63,755 bases of DNA, filler included, from Octopus bimaculoides (GCF_001194135.2; 6 parts of 6 records of this genome joined end to end with filler, not necessarily neighbours in it), one strand, 5' to 3'; shown: positions 26,240-39,583, counted from the first letter of the whole stretch. Notes: a model not told the origin generated them from the letters alone. Translations and numbers: made by a program.

Positions 26240-26302
26240 NNNNNNNNNNNNNNNNNNNNNNNNNNNNNNNNNNNNNNNNNNNNTATATATATATATATAT
26301 AT

Positions 26303-26337
<35 letters not shown>

Positions 26338-26342
26338 TCGAT

Positions 26343-26373
<31 letters not shown>

Positions 26374-26581
26374 CATACATACATATACACATGCATGAGG
26401 AGTGTTACTGGTCTTTTTGTTTTCTATCTTTTGTTAAACCGTTCTCTGCTTTTGGTCACGTTTGTGTTCTATGTGTAGACATTGTTTATATAGCGCTTAT
26501 CAAATATGCATAACCTTCCATATTTGTGTATATAGATACACTTATGTATCTATATATACGTGTGCATTTATATATATATAC

Positions 26582-26612
<31 letters not shown>

Positions 26613-27309
26613 TGTATGTATGTATGCATGTATGTCATTGTTCAGTTTTATTTCAAGATTTCTTGCCAATAGAGAAAGATCTGGTTTCTAACCCAGATCA
26701 AGCCTCCTGCATTAGAATTTCAGTATCAACAACAAGGTACTTTTTGTTTGTTTGTTTGTATGTATATATGTATGTATAGATAGATAGATAGGTAGATAGA
26801 TAGTTAGATAGATAGACAGACAGACAGATAGATAGATAGACAGACAGACAGATAGATTGCTAGATAGACATTCATTTCTGTACGTAATAGTCGCATATTT
26901 GTGTATATGTATATCTGTGTGTGTGTGCGTGCGTGTGTGTGTGTGTGTGTGTGCCTATGAGTAAACAAAAAAATGGAAGTAACTAATCAAAAGAATTGAT
27001 AAAATAATTAATTAAACATTTAAAGCAAGCCAAAAAAAAAACTGTAATTAAGGGCGAAATAATTGATGGAGGTGAGGGGGAAAGGTCGGGAGAACAGGAA
27101 GAGAGGAGTGAATGGCTGCGGAAGATTGATTTTTACTGAATGGTTTTTGAAGATAAATGTGTGAGACAGGTGTACTATATAAAGAGTGCAGCAGCAGCAG
27201 CAGTAGAAGTAGTAGTAGTAGTAGTAGTTTTTCTATTGCTGACACGAGAGAAGCTAGCAATTTTGATGGGAGGGGAATATTTCTCGATATCATCCTAAGG
27301 CATTTGAAA

Positions 27310-27400
27310 TGTACTTTGTATTATCGACCCAGGAGGGATTAAGAGTGGAGTTGACCTCGGCAATGTATTTGAACTCAAAACGACGAGCCAGAACAAATAA
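27310..27400 (-). mobile_element. SINE family A fragment
   Basis: GTACTTTGTATTATCGACCC...GTTGACCTCGGC...TTTGAACTCAAAAC is the reverse complement of the family A body. Confidence 0.45.
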
Positions 27401-27875
27401 CACAAAGTTTTTTTTTTCCGACCATCTACCGATTCTACCAGGTCACCACCCTTGATGATGATGATGATGATGATGATGATGAGGATGAGGATGAGGATGA
27501 TGATGATGATGACGACGACGACGACGACGACGAGGAGGAAGTGGAGGAAGAGGAGGGGGAGGTGCTCATTTATTTGCCACAAGGATAGCGAATAATGCGA
27601 CAATACAGGGACTGGCAACAAACGAAAAAGGGAAGCGTTTATTTTGGAACTGGAAGCGATTAAGAAAAAGAAAGACAAATTGAAAATTAAAAGTTTAAAC
27701 GAAATATCGTTTTATAATGTCACCGAAATACGGAAAAACCATTTAGAATACTGCTTTCTTGTTTTGGTGACAAGACGCGAACACATTGGGACAATACGTT
27801 TGTGAAACGCAAAAGAAACGCGAACCAGTGATAGTATTTATCACTGGGGATAAATACTATCAGTGAAAGTATGGA

Positions 27876-28170
27876 GTCGTCCAATAACAATGCCTGGGTC
27901 AAAAGGGTCGGTTTCCCGGTTTCATTGGCGTATAGGTTCCCCACCTGGACGGGACGCCGGTCCGTCGCAGGTGAAATGCCAAATGCAGGAGGCAAGAGTG
28001 AGAGAGAGTTGTGGCGAAAGAGTCAGTAGAAGTTCGCCATTAGCCTCTGCCAGAACCGCGTGGAGCTTAGGTGTTTCGCTCATAAACACACACATCGCCC
28101 AGTCTGAGATTCGAACCCGCGATCCCTCGACCGCGAGTCCGCTGCTCTAACCGCTAGGCCATGTGCCTCC
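27876..28170 (-). mobile_element. tRNA-derived SINE: head C + tail Y
   Basis: Reverse complement starts GGAGGCACATGGCCTAGCGGTTAGAGCAGCGGACTCGCGG...GGTTCGAATCTCAGACTGGGCG (same head as 40246 and 52308). The 3' part CCTGCGACGGACCGGCGTCCCGTCCAGG...GAAACCG is shared with 38085. Confidence 0.85.
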
Positions 28171-28900
28171 AGCCAATAACACTAAAGAATTATTAAGAGA
28201 TCGATAGATCAATAACAATATAGAACAACTAACCGCAAGACAGATTCCCCCCAAAATGGAAAACCTCCAACTTTGATAAACGGGGTTCCCCTTATGAGCA
28301 TCCCTACATTTTCGTGTGTATGAAGTTACATTTTTTAATGCGTATTCCCAGTTTTTTTTAAAGATAGAATATGATTTGAGAAAGATTTGGTTGCTATTTC
28401 TAGCAGATTGAATAGCTATATAGAGGCTCTATGGTTTCGTTGTTGTTCTTCTTTAGTCTCAATTCTGATCAACAGATCTGTGATTAAAGACACTCCATCC
28501 GTGACCATACCAACTTATTAGGGATATCAAGGACTATAAGACAATATTTCAGATGTCCTTCCTTCTTTTTTTTATAACGACAGTGCGTCGTTTGAGAGAG
28601 ACTGTTATTTCTAGCAATTCGTATAACTAGAGACAAGCTGGCGGTTTTGCGAAGTATTTGGAATTGGATACTTCGATGGAAGTATACATACACACATATA
28701 TATATATATACATGATATGTGTATATCTACATATATGTGTGTATGTATGTGTATGTATATATTATCATCATCATCGCGATTATTGTTTACAACATTTGAT
28801 TTGGTTCAATGGTACTTAAAGTTTCTCAAGCTTCTTTCAGAAACCTGGCTCGTTCAGGTTCAAATTACGGAATAGAGAAATACAGGAATTCCCAGATAGC

Positions 28901-28952
<52 letters not shown>

Positions 28953-29685
28953 NNNNNNNNNNNNNNNNNNNNNNNNNNNNNNNNNNNNNNNNNNNNNNNN
29001 NNNNNNNNNNNNNNNNNNNNNNNNNNNNNNNNNNNNNNNNNNNNNNNNNNNNNNNNNNNNNNNNNNNNNNNNNNNNNNNNNNNNNNNNNNNNNNNNNNNN
29101 NNNNNNNNNNNNNNNNNNNNNNNNNNNNNNNNNNNNNNNNNNNNNNNNNNNNNNNNNNNNNNNNNNNNNNNNNNNNNNNNNNNNNNNNNNNNNNNNNNNN
29201 NNNNNNNNNNNNNNNNNNNNNNNNNNNNNNNNNNNNNNNNNNNNNNNNNNNNNNNNNNNNNNNNNNNNNNNNNNNNNNNNNNNNNNNNNNNNNNNNNNNN
29301 NNNNNNNNNNNNNNNNNNNNNNNNNNNNNNNNNNNNNNNNNNNNNNNNNNNNNNNNNNNNNNNNNNNNNNNNNNNNNNNNNNNNNNNNNNNNNNNNNNNN
29401 NNNNNNNNNNNNNNNNNNNNNNNNNNNNNNNNNNNNNNNNNNNNNNNNNNNNNNNNNNNNNNNNNNNNNNNNNNNNNNNNNNNNNNNNNNNNNNNNNNNN
29501 NNNNNNNNNNNNNNNNNNNNNNNNNNNNNNNNNNNNNNNNNNNNNNNNNNNNNNNNNNNNNNNNNNNNNNNNNNNNNNNNNNNNNNNNNNNNNNNNNNNN
29601 NNNNNNNNNNNNNNNNNNNNNNNNNNNNNNNNNNNNNNNNNNNNNNNNNNNNNNNNNNNNNNNNNNNNNNNNNNNNNNNNNNNNN

Positions 29686-29747
<62 letters not shown>

Positions 29748-29750
29748 CTA

Positions 29751-29884
29751 CAACTGTAAAAACTGGCACCTTCATTCTGGTTATTCGAATTTCATGTTGC
29801 CGGTCTTCAAACTCGATAAAAAGTCTGATGATCGCTATCGTGAAATTCGAATATCCAAACGTAAAGTGCCAGCTCTCACAATTG
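29751..29884. mobile_element. 134-bp imperfect palindrome flanked by TA (MITE-like)
   Basis: Arms AACTGGCACCTTCATTCTGGTTATTCGAATTTCA (29761) and TGAAATTCGAATATCCAAACGTAAAGTGCCAGCT (to 29874) are imperfect reverse complements. Pairing extends outward to TA|CAACTG...CAATTG|TA. Confidence 0.55.
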
Positions 29885-30089
29885 TATAATAACATTCTTG
29901 CTCCGAGTGCTGGCTACTCTCCTTGTCTGCACTTATGTACTCATGTTGAACGTGTGTGTATGCGTCTGTGTCTGTGTTTGTTTATGTGTGCCCAGTGTGT
30001 CCGTATACATGTATGTGTCTTATTGTTATTTCAAACAGTTATTCAGAGAAGAGATTGTCGTCCCATTGATTTTTGAAGCTCCCCACTCA

Positions 30090-30600
30090 ACAAGAATGGT
30101 GAATCTGTGACCGAAACGCCTTCAAATCGAAACCAATTGAAACTTGTGTGAATCGAGGACAGAGCGATTTTCGAAGACTCACTGAAGAGTGAAGTCCACT
30201 AAAATCGTTCAAGTAGCATTTTGTGGTGTGAGCACCGCCTGAGGAACACCGCTTGACCCGTTTCGTTAAAGAGGGTGATGGGATGATCCTAACGATAGCC
30301 TCAGGAATGCCTGGACGCTGTCCGAGCGCGTTCAGTATGGCTTCATCGGTAGTGACCCTCACTCGGTAAAGCTGTCAGGCCAAGGATTTTCTAGAAGTTA
30401 GCCATGGTAGTCACTCGTCCGAAAATCCTCCTCAGCAGACCAGATAGCGCGTCATAGTCGGCGCCAAGAGATTCCCTGAGAACGTCATCGCTCTCATCTA
30501 CCACTAAATCTCTCTATATTATTAACATAGAACACCCAGTGGCCACATTGCCCAACCAGTAGAGGGCGGTGAGCGCTTGGCGATATTCCAGGCGCCATGT
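30090..30600 (-). mobile_element. L1/Tx1-like ORF2 C-terminal relic
   Basis: Minus strand gives RLEYRQALTALYWLG...DLVVDESDDVLRESLG...RRIFG...NF*KSLA*QLYR and DEAILNALGQRPGI (a decayed DETVLHALxQCP knuckle half). GC is higher than in the flanks. Confidence 0.5.
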
Positions 30601-30710
30601 GTTTGCCACAAGGATGACAGATGTGAGAACATTACAAGAACCAATAAACTAAACACCGACAACTTTTGTGACAAATAAAGAAATTATTATTAAATAACAA
30701 TATTTATGGG

Positions 30711-30756
<46 letters not shown>

Positions 30757-32485
30757 TGACCAACTTTTGTGACTGTGGTGGGTCAACCACCCCATCCACA
30801 CCCACACCTACACCAACACATATACGACTCACCCCACCTCACCCGTTTAGTGATTTACGATCAGTTCCAGCTAGTTGCACTCTTGGTATGTACTGGTGAC
30901 TTTCACCTGCTAACGTATACACACATACACACACACACATACATACATACACACACACACATACATACATGCACACATGTATGAGTCTATGTATGTATAT
31001 ATGTATACAGATATATATTTACATACATATATGCATAATATATATATATATATAAATGAATATATATATATAAATATANNNNNNNNNNNNNNNNNNNNNN
31101 NNNNNNNNNNNNNNNNNNNNNNNNNNNNNNNNNNNNNNNNNNNNNNNNNNNNNNNNNNNNNNNNNNNNNNNNNNNNNNNNNNNNNNNNNNNNNNNNNNNN
31201 NNNNNNNNNNNNNNNNNNNNNNNNNNNNNNNNNNNNNNNNNNNNNNNNNNNNNNNNNNNNNNNNNNNNNNNNNNNNNNNNNNNNNNNNNNNNNNNNNNNN
31301 NNNNNNNNNNNNNNNNNNNNNNNNNNNNNNNNNNNNNNNNNNNNNNNNNNNNNNNNNNNNNNNNNNNNNNNNNNNNNNNNNNNNNNNNNNNNNNNNNNNN
31401 NNNNNNNNNNNNNNNNNNNNNNNNNNNNNNNNNNNNNNNNNNNNNNNNNNNNNNNNNNNNNNNNNNNNNNNNNNNNNNNNNNNNNNNNNNNNNNNNNNNN
31501 NNNNNNNNNNNNNNNNNNNNNNNNNNNNNNNNNNNNNNNNNNNNNNNNNNNNNNNNNNNNNNNNNNNNNNNNNNNNNNNNNNNNNNNNNNNNNNNNNNNN
31601 NNNNNNNNNNNNNNNNNNNNNNNNNNNNNNNNNNNNNNNNNNNNNNNNNNNNNNNNNNNNNNNNNNNNNNNNNNNNNNNNNNNNNNNNNNNNNNNNNNNN
31701 NNNNNNNNNNNNNNNNNNNNNNNNNNNNNNNNNNNNNNNNNNNNNNNNNNNNNNNNNNNNNNNNNNNNNNNNNNNNNNNNNNNNNNNNNNNNNNNNNNNN
31801 NNNNNNNNNNNNNNNNNNNNNNNNNNNNNNNNNNNNNNNNNNNNNNNNNNNNNNNNNNNNNNNNNNNNNNNNNCATCCCTACCGTCCCCACCACCACGTC
31901 CACAATAAGTGGGTGGCCGCCATGTCATTTTAACACAACATTAACCACAACATCAATCAAACTCTGTATTGTTTCTGTCATCTTCACACGCTTTCTTCTA
32001 CTTTCACTTTTAAACCACTGTCAAATCGGATTAAAGCAGATTAGTGCCGGATTAAAATGTTGTGTCAATTTTACGACGTTGGCGGAGAGCGCTTATGCTA
32101 ATGAACGCGAGGTGTTGATGCCAGTACGCTTTGTTTTTTTGTGGTTGTCACTGTTGGCGAAGGTGGTGGTGGTGGTGGTGGTTCTAATAGTAGCTCTCGT
32201 TATGGGATGAACATGATAATGACAACGATGATGACGATGAAGAGGAGGATGATGATGATGATGATGGGGAAAAGGAGGAGGAGGAGGAGGGCAGAGAAGA
32301 ATCATGAGGATGATGCTTAAGGTGGAATACATGGAGGTAGGAATTGTCGATTTAGGTGCGTGTATGTATGTGTTTGTGAGTGTATGTATATATATTGTAT
32401 ATGTACATAGACGATAGCTTAGCTAGCCGAAACTTCGAAGTCACTATCATAATAAAGTAAAGTAGATAAAAGCAAACGTTAACAG

Positions 32486-32705
32486 AGGCGCAGAAGTGGC
32501 TGTGTGGTAAGTAGGCTGCTTCCCAACCACATGGTTCCAGGTTCAGTCCCACTGCGTGACACCTTGGGCAGATGTCTTCTACTATAGAGTCGATTTGATC
32601 AAAGCCTTCTCAGTAGATATGGTAGATGGAAACTGAAAGAAGCCCGTCGTATATGTGTGTGTGTGTGCCTGTGTGTTTGTCCCTCCCCCATCACCGCCTG
32701 ACAAT
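32486..32705 (+). mobile_element. tRNA-derived SINE family B
   Basis: GTGGCTGTGTGGTAAGTAGGCTGCTTCCCAACCACATGGTTCCAGGTTCAGTCCCACTGCGTGACACCTTGGGCAGATGTCTTCT...GGAAACTGAAAGAAGCCCGTCG. Confidence 0.9.
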
Positions 32706-33442
32706 TCGTTTTCCTGTGTAAAATTTTATGGGTAAAATATTTTTCTGGGAACGAATTACGATTTATAACATTGCTACTATGAGTAATTATTGCCCTGTTT
32801 TACGAGTTTTCGCTTTACGAGCGGTCTCTGGGAACAAATAAACTTATATTTCGAGGCATTATATACACATACACACAAGCAATATATATACCTTGCACAT
32901 GAGGGTGCGTAGGTATTTTGATATCTTTGATGTTTTGTTCGTACGTAAGTGCACATGTCAGTGTGTGATTGCAGGTTTACACTACACTGGGATAGGCGCG
33001 CGCACATTAACACACACACAGACACGCACATATTCACACACATACACACGCATTTAAGATATGGTTTTTATGCATGGTTAAATGAATACAACACACACAA
33101 CGTGGAAACCTGTAAATGGGTGTGTTAACCTATTTGATGTTGAAACGCTTTTAAAAAGTCATCACGTTTACGAAAAGGAGGTTTGGCTGTTAACCTTCAT
33201 TGCTTTCTTATATAAAACCATGTGATACAACCACCTTAATATGTTTTTCGCATGCATACACACACATACACACACATATTGCATATAAGTGTGTGTGCGT
33301 ACATATATGATCATTGTATATTGGTGACACAGCTAGACTATGTATCACAGGCTGATGAGTCCCTAATATGAAGGGAACATGTTCACAGTTGTTACCGTAA
33401 TAAGTTCAGTGATGGACTAGTTAGTAGTAGTGGTAGTGATGG

Positions 33443-33501
<59 letters not shown>

Positions 33502-35631
33502 NNNNNNNNNNNNNNNNNNNNNNNNNNNNNNNNNNNNNNNNNNNNTTAATTAATTAANNNNNNNNNNNNNNNNNNNNNNNNNNNNNNNNNNNNNNNNNNN
33601 NTATGTACTGACATATCTATATTTATTTGTGTGTGTGTGTTAATGCACGTTAGTAAAACTAGGCTAAAACTTGTTTAAACCCCACAATGGATACAATTGC
33701 AGTTTATAACCAAAATCTTTTCATTAACACAATAACCCAAACTGACGACCTTTCTATCATTGTACCACTCGGTGTACCCGACGCTTCTTCTCTCACCTCA
33801 CAAACTTCTGCACTCAGTACTCTGTTAATTTCTTTTCTTCTATAAGTTACTAAAACCACATCGAACTCAGCCCTTTCTCGGACCGCTTCGAAATTGCAGG
33901 CGTCAGGCGGTAAAGACTCCTATCTGGACATCACCCACATTAATATATCTATTCTGAAATGGCTTTTGCAGAATTGTTTATTTAGAAACTAGTTGAAAAT
34001 GAGGTGAACCTTATGTTTACAGAGTTCAATCCCAACTAGGGAAACGATGATATCCTGTTCCTTGTTTACTCAGTAGCAAGTTTAGAGTTGCAGGAAATAA
34101 AAACGTTGACCCGGGTTTCTGCTTGAATATTTAAAATAATGTGAACTCAAGTTGTCGGTGGTAGATGTCCACAATTTAATGGCTGGGTAATGGGAATACG
34201 AAACCGGATAAGGGTGGGAGCGAACTAATTCCTGTGTGAAATCAGTCGTTGGGGATAAACTGGGAAACATGTTAGGTCTACAACCTAATGGTGGTGATGC
34301 TAAGCCAGGATTGTTCGTTAGGTCAATCACTGTCGCGTCTTTATTTACAAGGACATTCTATAAACTCACGCCGCTGAGTAACCTATTACTGAGTAACCAT
34401 AAAATGTCTCCATCTACCAACGAATCACCGTACGTCAATGCCGCTGCTTTCTCTCGGTAGACGCTGAGTCTGCAGCCAGGAACAATCATCTTTGTTGTAT
34501 TTCTTACACTTTGTGTTGGATTGTCAGATAAATTAGTGTGTTTTTTTTCTTTTGTTTCTTGTTTTTTTTTAACTCGGTAGTCCGTTATCATACGTCCGAA
34601 AAGAAGTAGAATTTATTCAAATTTCAAAAGCAATAAACAAAAGTTAGAAAGGAAGAAAAGAATTACAAGAGAAATAAAAAAAAAAACACTACGATAGAAA
34701 TTTCAACACAGAACATTAAAAACTGAAGAAATGCCGCAAAGCATTTTGCCCGGCGGGTTAACGACCCATCCACACTTTCCCCCTTCTCCCCCTTTTTCCC
34801 TCCTCTTCTTTTTTACTACTTTTTCGCCCAACTGGACCCTGTCAATGGTGCNNNNNNNNNNNNNNNNNNNNNNNNNNNNNNNNNNNNNNNNNNNNNNNNN
34901 NNNNNNNNNNNNNNNNNNNNNNNNNNNNNNNNNNNNNNNNNNNNNNNNNNNNNNNNNNNNNNNNNNNNNNNNNNNNNNNNNNNNNNNNNNNNNNNNNNNN
35001 NNNNNNNNNNNNNNNNNNNNNNNNNNNNNNNNNNNNNNNNNNNNNNNNNNNNNNNNNNNNNNNNNNNNNNNNNNNNNNNNNNNNNNNNNNNNNNNNNNNN
35101 NNNNNNNNNNNNNNNNNNNNNNNNNNNNNNNNNNNNNNNNNNNNNNNNNNNNNNNNNNNNNNNNNNNNNNNNNNNNNNNNNNNNNNNNNNNNNNNNNNNN
35201 NNNNNNNNNNNNNNNNNNNNNNNNNNNNNNNNNNNNNNNNNNNNNNNNNNNNNNNNNNNNNNNNNNNNNNNNNNNNNNNNNNNNNNNNNNNNNNNNNNNN
35301 NNNNNNNNNNNNNNNNNNNNNNNNNTGAAGGCGGTGTAACGAGTGAGATAGTGTTGCAGGTAAGTTTAAGTTGAAATATGTCTGTGAAGCGAATCCATGT
35401 GACCTTCACCTTGTGACTTCATGTGTACAAATGCCTTTTGACTGGTCTGTTGTATTAAGAGTGCAATGTTATGACAGGTAAACACCATTCATTAGAACTG
35501 GTGCAACAGGATTGTCATACAATGAGACCAGCATAATACGTAGCTACCTGCTTCATGCTTCATTGCACATATCTCTTCCATTCTCTCTCGCTCTCTCTCT
35601 TTTGCCCTTCCATTGTGTGCGGGTATATAGA

Positions 35632-35680
<49 letters not shown>

Positions 35681-36305
35681 GTGTGTGTGTTTGCTCTATG
35701 TCTTTTTTGTCCTCTTTGACCAAGCGTGTAAGGGTGTACGGATTTGTATATGTGGGTGTGTGCATTCCATAAAGTGTGTGTGTGTGTTTGTAAATATATA
35801 TGTATGTGTGTGTATATCTATGTGTGTGTGTGTGTGTATTTATGTATGTATATATATATGTGAATATATATGTATATATATATATATACACATATATACG
35901 TGTATATATACATATATNNNNNNNNNNGTCGACCATACAACAAGTTCTGCAGGTTACCATGCGACCACGAGCATGTAAAAGGTCACATGAAACCCGGTGC
36001 AACTTGTAACTGCGTCGGGTCGTCAACAACAAAACCGATACACCCAGTAAACAAGGATAGTGAAGGGACGGGTTCTAAACAATCCTGCGAAACAATACAC
36101 TCGTCCTGTCAAAGAGACGGATGGGCTTAACCTCGGGTCAACGGCTGTGGAGGCGTGGAAGGGTGGGAAAAACTCAAGATAGACCTGAGATAGTGAAGAA
36201 GCGTTCTGTAAGAACTGTTTCGAGCCCAAGGCCACAAGATTTTCTCAGAACATCTGTCTAGAAGAAGAATACTCTGATATACAATCTATTATCCAGTTTC
36301 TGATC

Positions 36306-36469
36306 GGGTGTGGCTGTGTGGTAAGAAGTATGTTTTCGAACCACATGTTTCCAGGTTCAGTCTCACTGCGTAGCACCTTGGGCAAGTATCATCAAATATA
36401 GCTTCGGACCGACCAAAAGCCTTGAGTGGATTTGGTAGAGGGAAACAGAAAGAAGCTCGTAGTGTATAC

Positions 36470-36475
<6 letters not shown>
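36306..36475 (+). mobile_element. tRNA-derived SINE family B
   Basis: Same head and CACCTTGGGCAAGT core as 32486. Confidence 0.85.
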
Positions 36476-36513
<38 letters not shown>

Positions 36514-36740
36514 ACGCACGCACACACACACACAGATATATATATTTATATACCAAAAAGATTTTATAACATTTTTCTAACATTTTTCTGACATAATTTA
36601 AATATATACTTTAACCATGTAACACAAGCCTTCTGTAGTTTTTTCACTCTTATTATCTTTTATATATATATATATATATATTATAAGGTTTTTAACTTTT
36701 AAATTTTCATATTCAAAAGAGACAGAGACTTCAAACTCTG

Positions 36741-36792
<52 letters not shown>

Positions 36793-37534
36793 TATACATA
36801 TATATGTAGCTTCTATGCTGGAGTGAAAGCAGCTTGTTCTTTGTCTATCTCCTTAACTTGTTGGAGATTTTAGGTATAATTATACTAATGTGTCCATCTG
36901 TTTTAATTTAATTAAATTTTATGTCTTTGTGCAGCTGAAGATTGCTCTGCATTTATGTGATGTAATAATTGCATAAGCTGAGACCCACGTCGTCGTAACT
37001 AACCAAGCGCTCCTTATATATATAGATATAATTAGAAGCAGAAAAGGGATTAAAACATTCAGGGATCTATCTGCAAATAGATAATCCACAGATATTAACA
37101 TATTTAAATACTAGCATGGATTATCCGGTGAGTGATAATTCGTCTTGCAATTACGTGGCTCTGAGTTAACATATGAACGTGTAACACATACCAACATTTG
37201 TATACCTACATGTGTGTGTGTGTGTGAGAGAGAGAGAGAGGAGGTGGTTGTTCGCTATTTCTAAAATTAAGCAAACTTTGCTTGTTCCATTATTCCTAGG
37301 TCCTCCCAGACTGATAGGTGATCAGTGCTATCCAGTGTTCAATCACTGGATGTGCAGACGAATATCTCCGTATTAGTTTGTGAAAGACATGACTAACAGC
37401 CCAAGCCTTCTACAGCTGATTGTAATTGAATCAAAATCTTAGCTGGCTCAGTGTGAATTAAATCTAGGCAACCGAGCTTAGATTTAAAATGCAGTTGACT
37501 GAGCATTAATGAAAATCTTCAGCTGACTTACAAT

Positions 37535-38080
37535 CATCATCATCATCATCAACATCAAGATCCTCTAACTGGTGCAGCCAATCATTGCGGTGCTACTCTT
37601 GACGCTTTGGGAGCAGATCTTTGTTCTCTTTCATACGTAGCAGGTTCGCAGTGTTATGGCCTGTCCCGTCCTTGACGTCACCAAACCAGGATTTTCTCTA
37701 TCTACCACTCTTTCCCCCTCCCTCCTGAAGAATGGTTTTCGACAGGGAATTGTAGCGGGAAACATGACCCTAACGGACAAGCTTTCATCTTTTTAGCTGC
37801 TCAAGGAGTAGTTTTTCAAGAGGTTTACAACGTGAAGTTGACGTGGAATGACACGTGTACAGAACTTACTCACTTGTTAAGCAGGACAGCTTTCTTCTTG
37901 GAGGGCTTAGCATTACCAGAAGCTAGACGAATCCAGTTTTAACTCACAGACAGATGTTGCAACAAAAACTGGGGTTCCATCGCTCCCAGACGATCCTGTC
38001 ATGCACTCCTTCACCATCACAAGGAATCTTGTCCCCGCAGAACTGCTTTGGTCTCACATAATAGATATCAATGTTTCTGC
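37535..38080 (-). mobile_element. RTE-clade LINE 3' end with (GAT)n tail
   Basis: Minus strand gives GHVSRYNSLSKTILQEGGGKSGR*RKSWFGDVKDGTG, matching the RTE/BovB-type C-terminus WFGHV.R..SLSKTILQG...GR.RK.W.D..K.WTG. It ends in GATGATGAT. Confidence 0.7.
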
Positions 38081-38084
38081 CCGA

Positions 38085-38317
38085 GTAATAGGCTCATAAA
38101 GCCGGTTTCCTGAATTTTGTAGGGTATGTTATCAACTCCCTACTGGACGGGACGCCAGTCTGTCGCAGGGTTACTCATTTCTGCCAACTGAGTGGACAGG
38201 AACAACGCAGAATTAAGTGTTTTCTCAAGAATACAACGCATCACTGGGCCCAGAAATCGAGACAAGGATTTTACAATGATGGGTGTAACGCCATAACCAC
38301 TAAGCTACGCGTCACCA
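38085..38317 (-). mobile_element. tRNA-derived SINE: head D + tail Y
   Basis: CTCATTTCTGCCAACTGAGTGGAC...AAGTGTTTTCTCAAG...ACAACGCATC...AACCACTAAGCTACGCGT is shared with 61318. CTGGACGGGACGCCAGTCTGTCGCAGG is shared with 27876. Confidence 0.8.
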
Positions 38318-38584
38318 GACGAGCATAAATCCATACAAACACTCATATACATGTGGAGGAAAAACAGGGTCTTTAAGTGTATAAATACAACAAACATTCG
38401 TTTGACGTGTTTAGTTTGATACTTCGCAAATTTTATTGGTGGTAACGTGAGAGATTAACCGGATATGGGGTATATTTAAACACTTTGCATAAGCCCAACA
38501 ACCGGGGTAACTTCGAAGTCCCTATGAATAAAATCATTTAATATATATCTCAGTGTCTCTGTATATGGATACACACACACACAC

Positions 38585-38625
<41 letters not shown>

Positions 38626-38629
38626 CATG

Positions 38630-38748
38630 CATATATATGATGAGTTTCTTCCAGTTTCCGTCAACCAAGTCCACTGACGAGGCTTTGGCCTAAGGTGCCA
38701 CGCAGTGGGACTGAACCCGGAACAGTGTGATTGAGAAGCCACGCCTGC
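38630..38748 (-). mobile_element. SINE family B, internally deleted copy
   Basis: Reverse complement GCAGGCGTGGC..CTCAATCACACTGTTCCGGGTTCAGTCCCACTGCGTGGCACCTTAGGCCAAAGCC...GGAAACTGGAAGAA lacks part of the head and core. Confidence 0.75.
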
Positions 38749-39473
38749 GTTAAGCATAGAAACTCACACTAAGCACAGACACCTAGTCATGTGTGTGTGA
38801 GTGTGTCTGTGCCTGTGTCTGTGTCTGTGAGGGTCTGTGTGTATGTCTGTGTGTGTGTGTGTGTGTGTGTGCGTGTTTGTCTCTGTGTGTGTGTATGTGT
38901 CTGTGTCTCTGTGTGTGAGTGTGTGTGTGTGTGTGTGTAGGTCTCCCATGCGCTTGCGATCTTCGCAAGTGGGTGTGTCAATAACATACGCGGGACACTG
39001 AAGCGTGACACAGTTTATAATGACAATTCAACACAAGGAAATAATCAACAACTTGACATCTGTCCTACATATACTGTGTGTACGTTTATTTGTTTGTGTG
39101 AATGTGTGTGTATATGTGTGTGTATACATACATACAAACATACAGACATACATATATGTTTCTGACTGTTTCTTATGAAGTTTGTGGACTATTTTGTGGT
39201 TAATTTTAGGCAATGCTTGTTCATATCTTGTCTATATACACCCGTTTGTTTATACTGCGGTTATATACACCCGTTTTATGGTGTTTCTACATTAATTAGC
39301 AAGAAAAGCACTCCAAGTGTACATCTTCGTTACATCTTTAGACGGGATCGTTGGTCGATTGGTTGTGTTACCAAATTTTGTGAAATAATGTATGCCATAA
39401 CGAGATTGAATTATGTTTACACATATCCGCACCCCCCTTAGATATGCACATAAATACACATGTGCGCCTGCAG

Positions 39474-39522
<49 letters not shown>

Positions 39523-39583
39523 CGCAAATGATCACGCGTAGAGGTATTGCTTCCTTAGGTTCGCATATTCAGTTATGGAGAAT

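Noticed and set aside
29824-29856. CTGATGA...GAAA hammerhead-like spacing inside the hairpin element
   Set aside because: Stem I cannot form and stem II lacks the closing pair; probably coincidental.
33355-33392. CTGATGAG followed by a GTCCCT/AGGGA stem
   Set aside because: No GAAA core follows the stem, so it is not a hammerhead.
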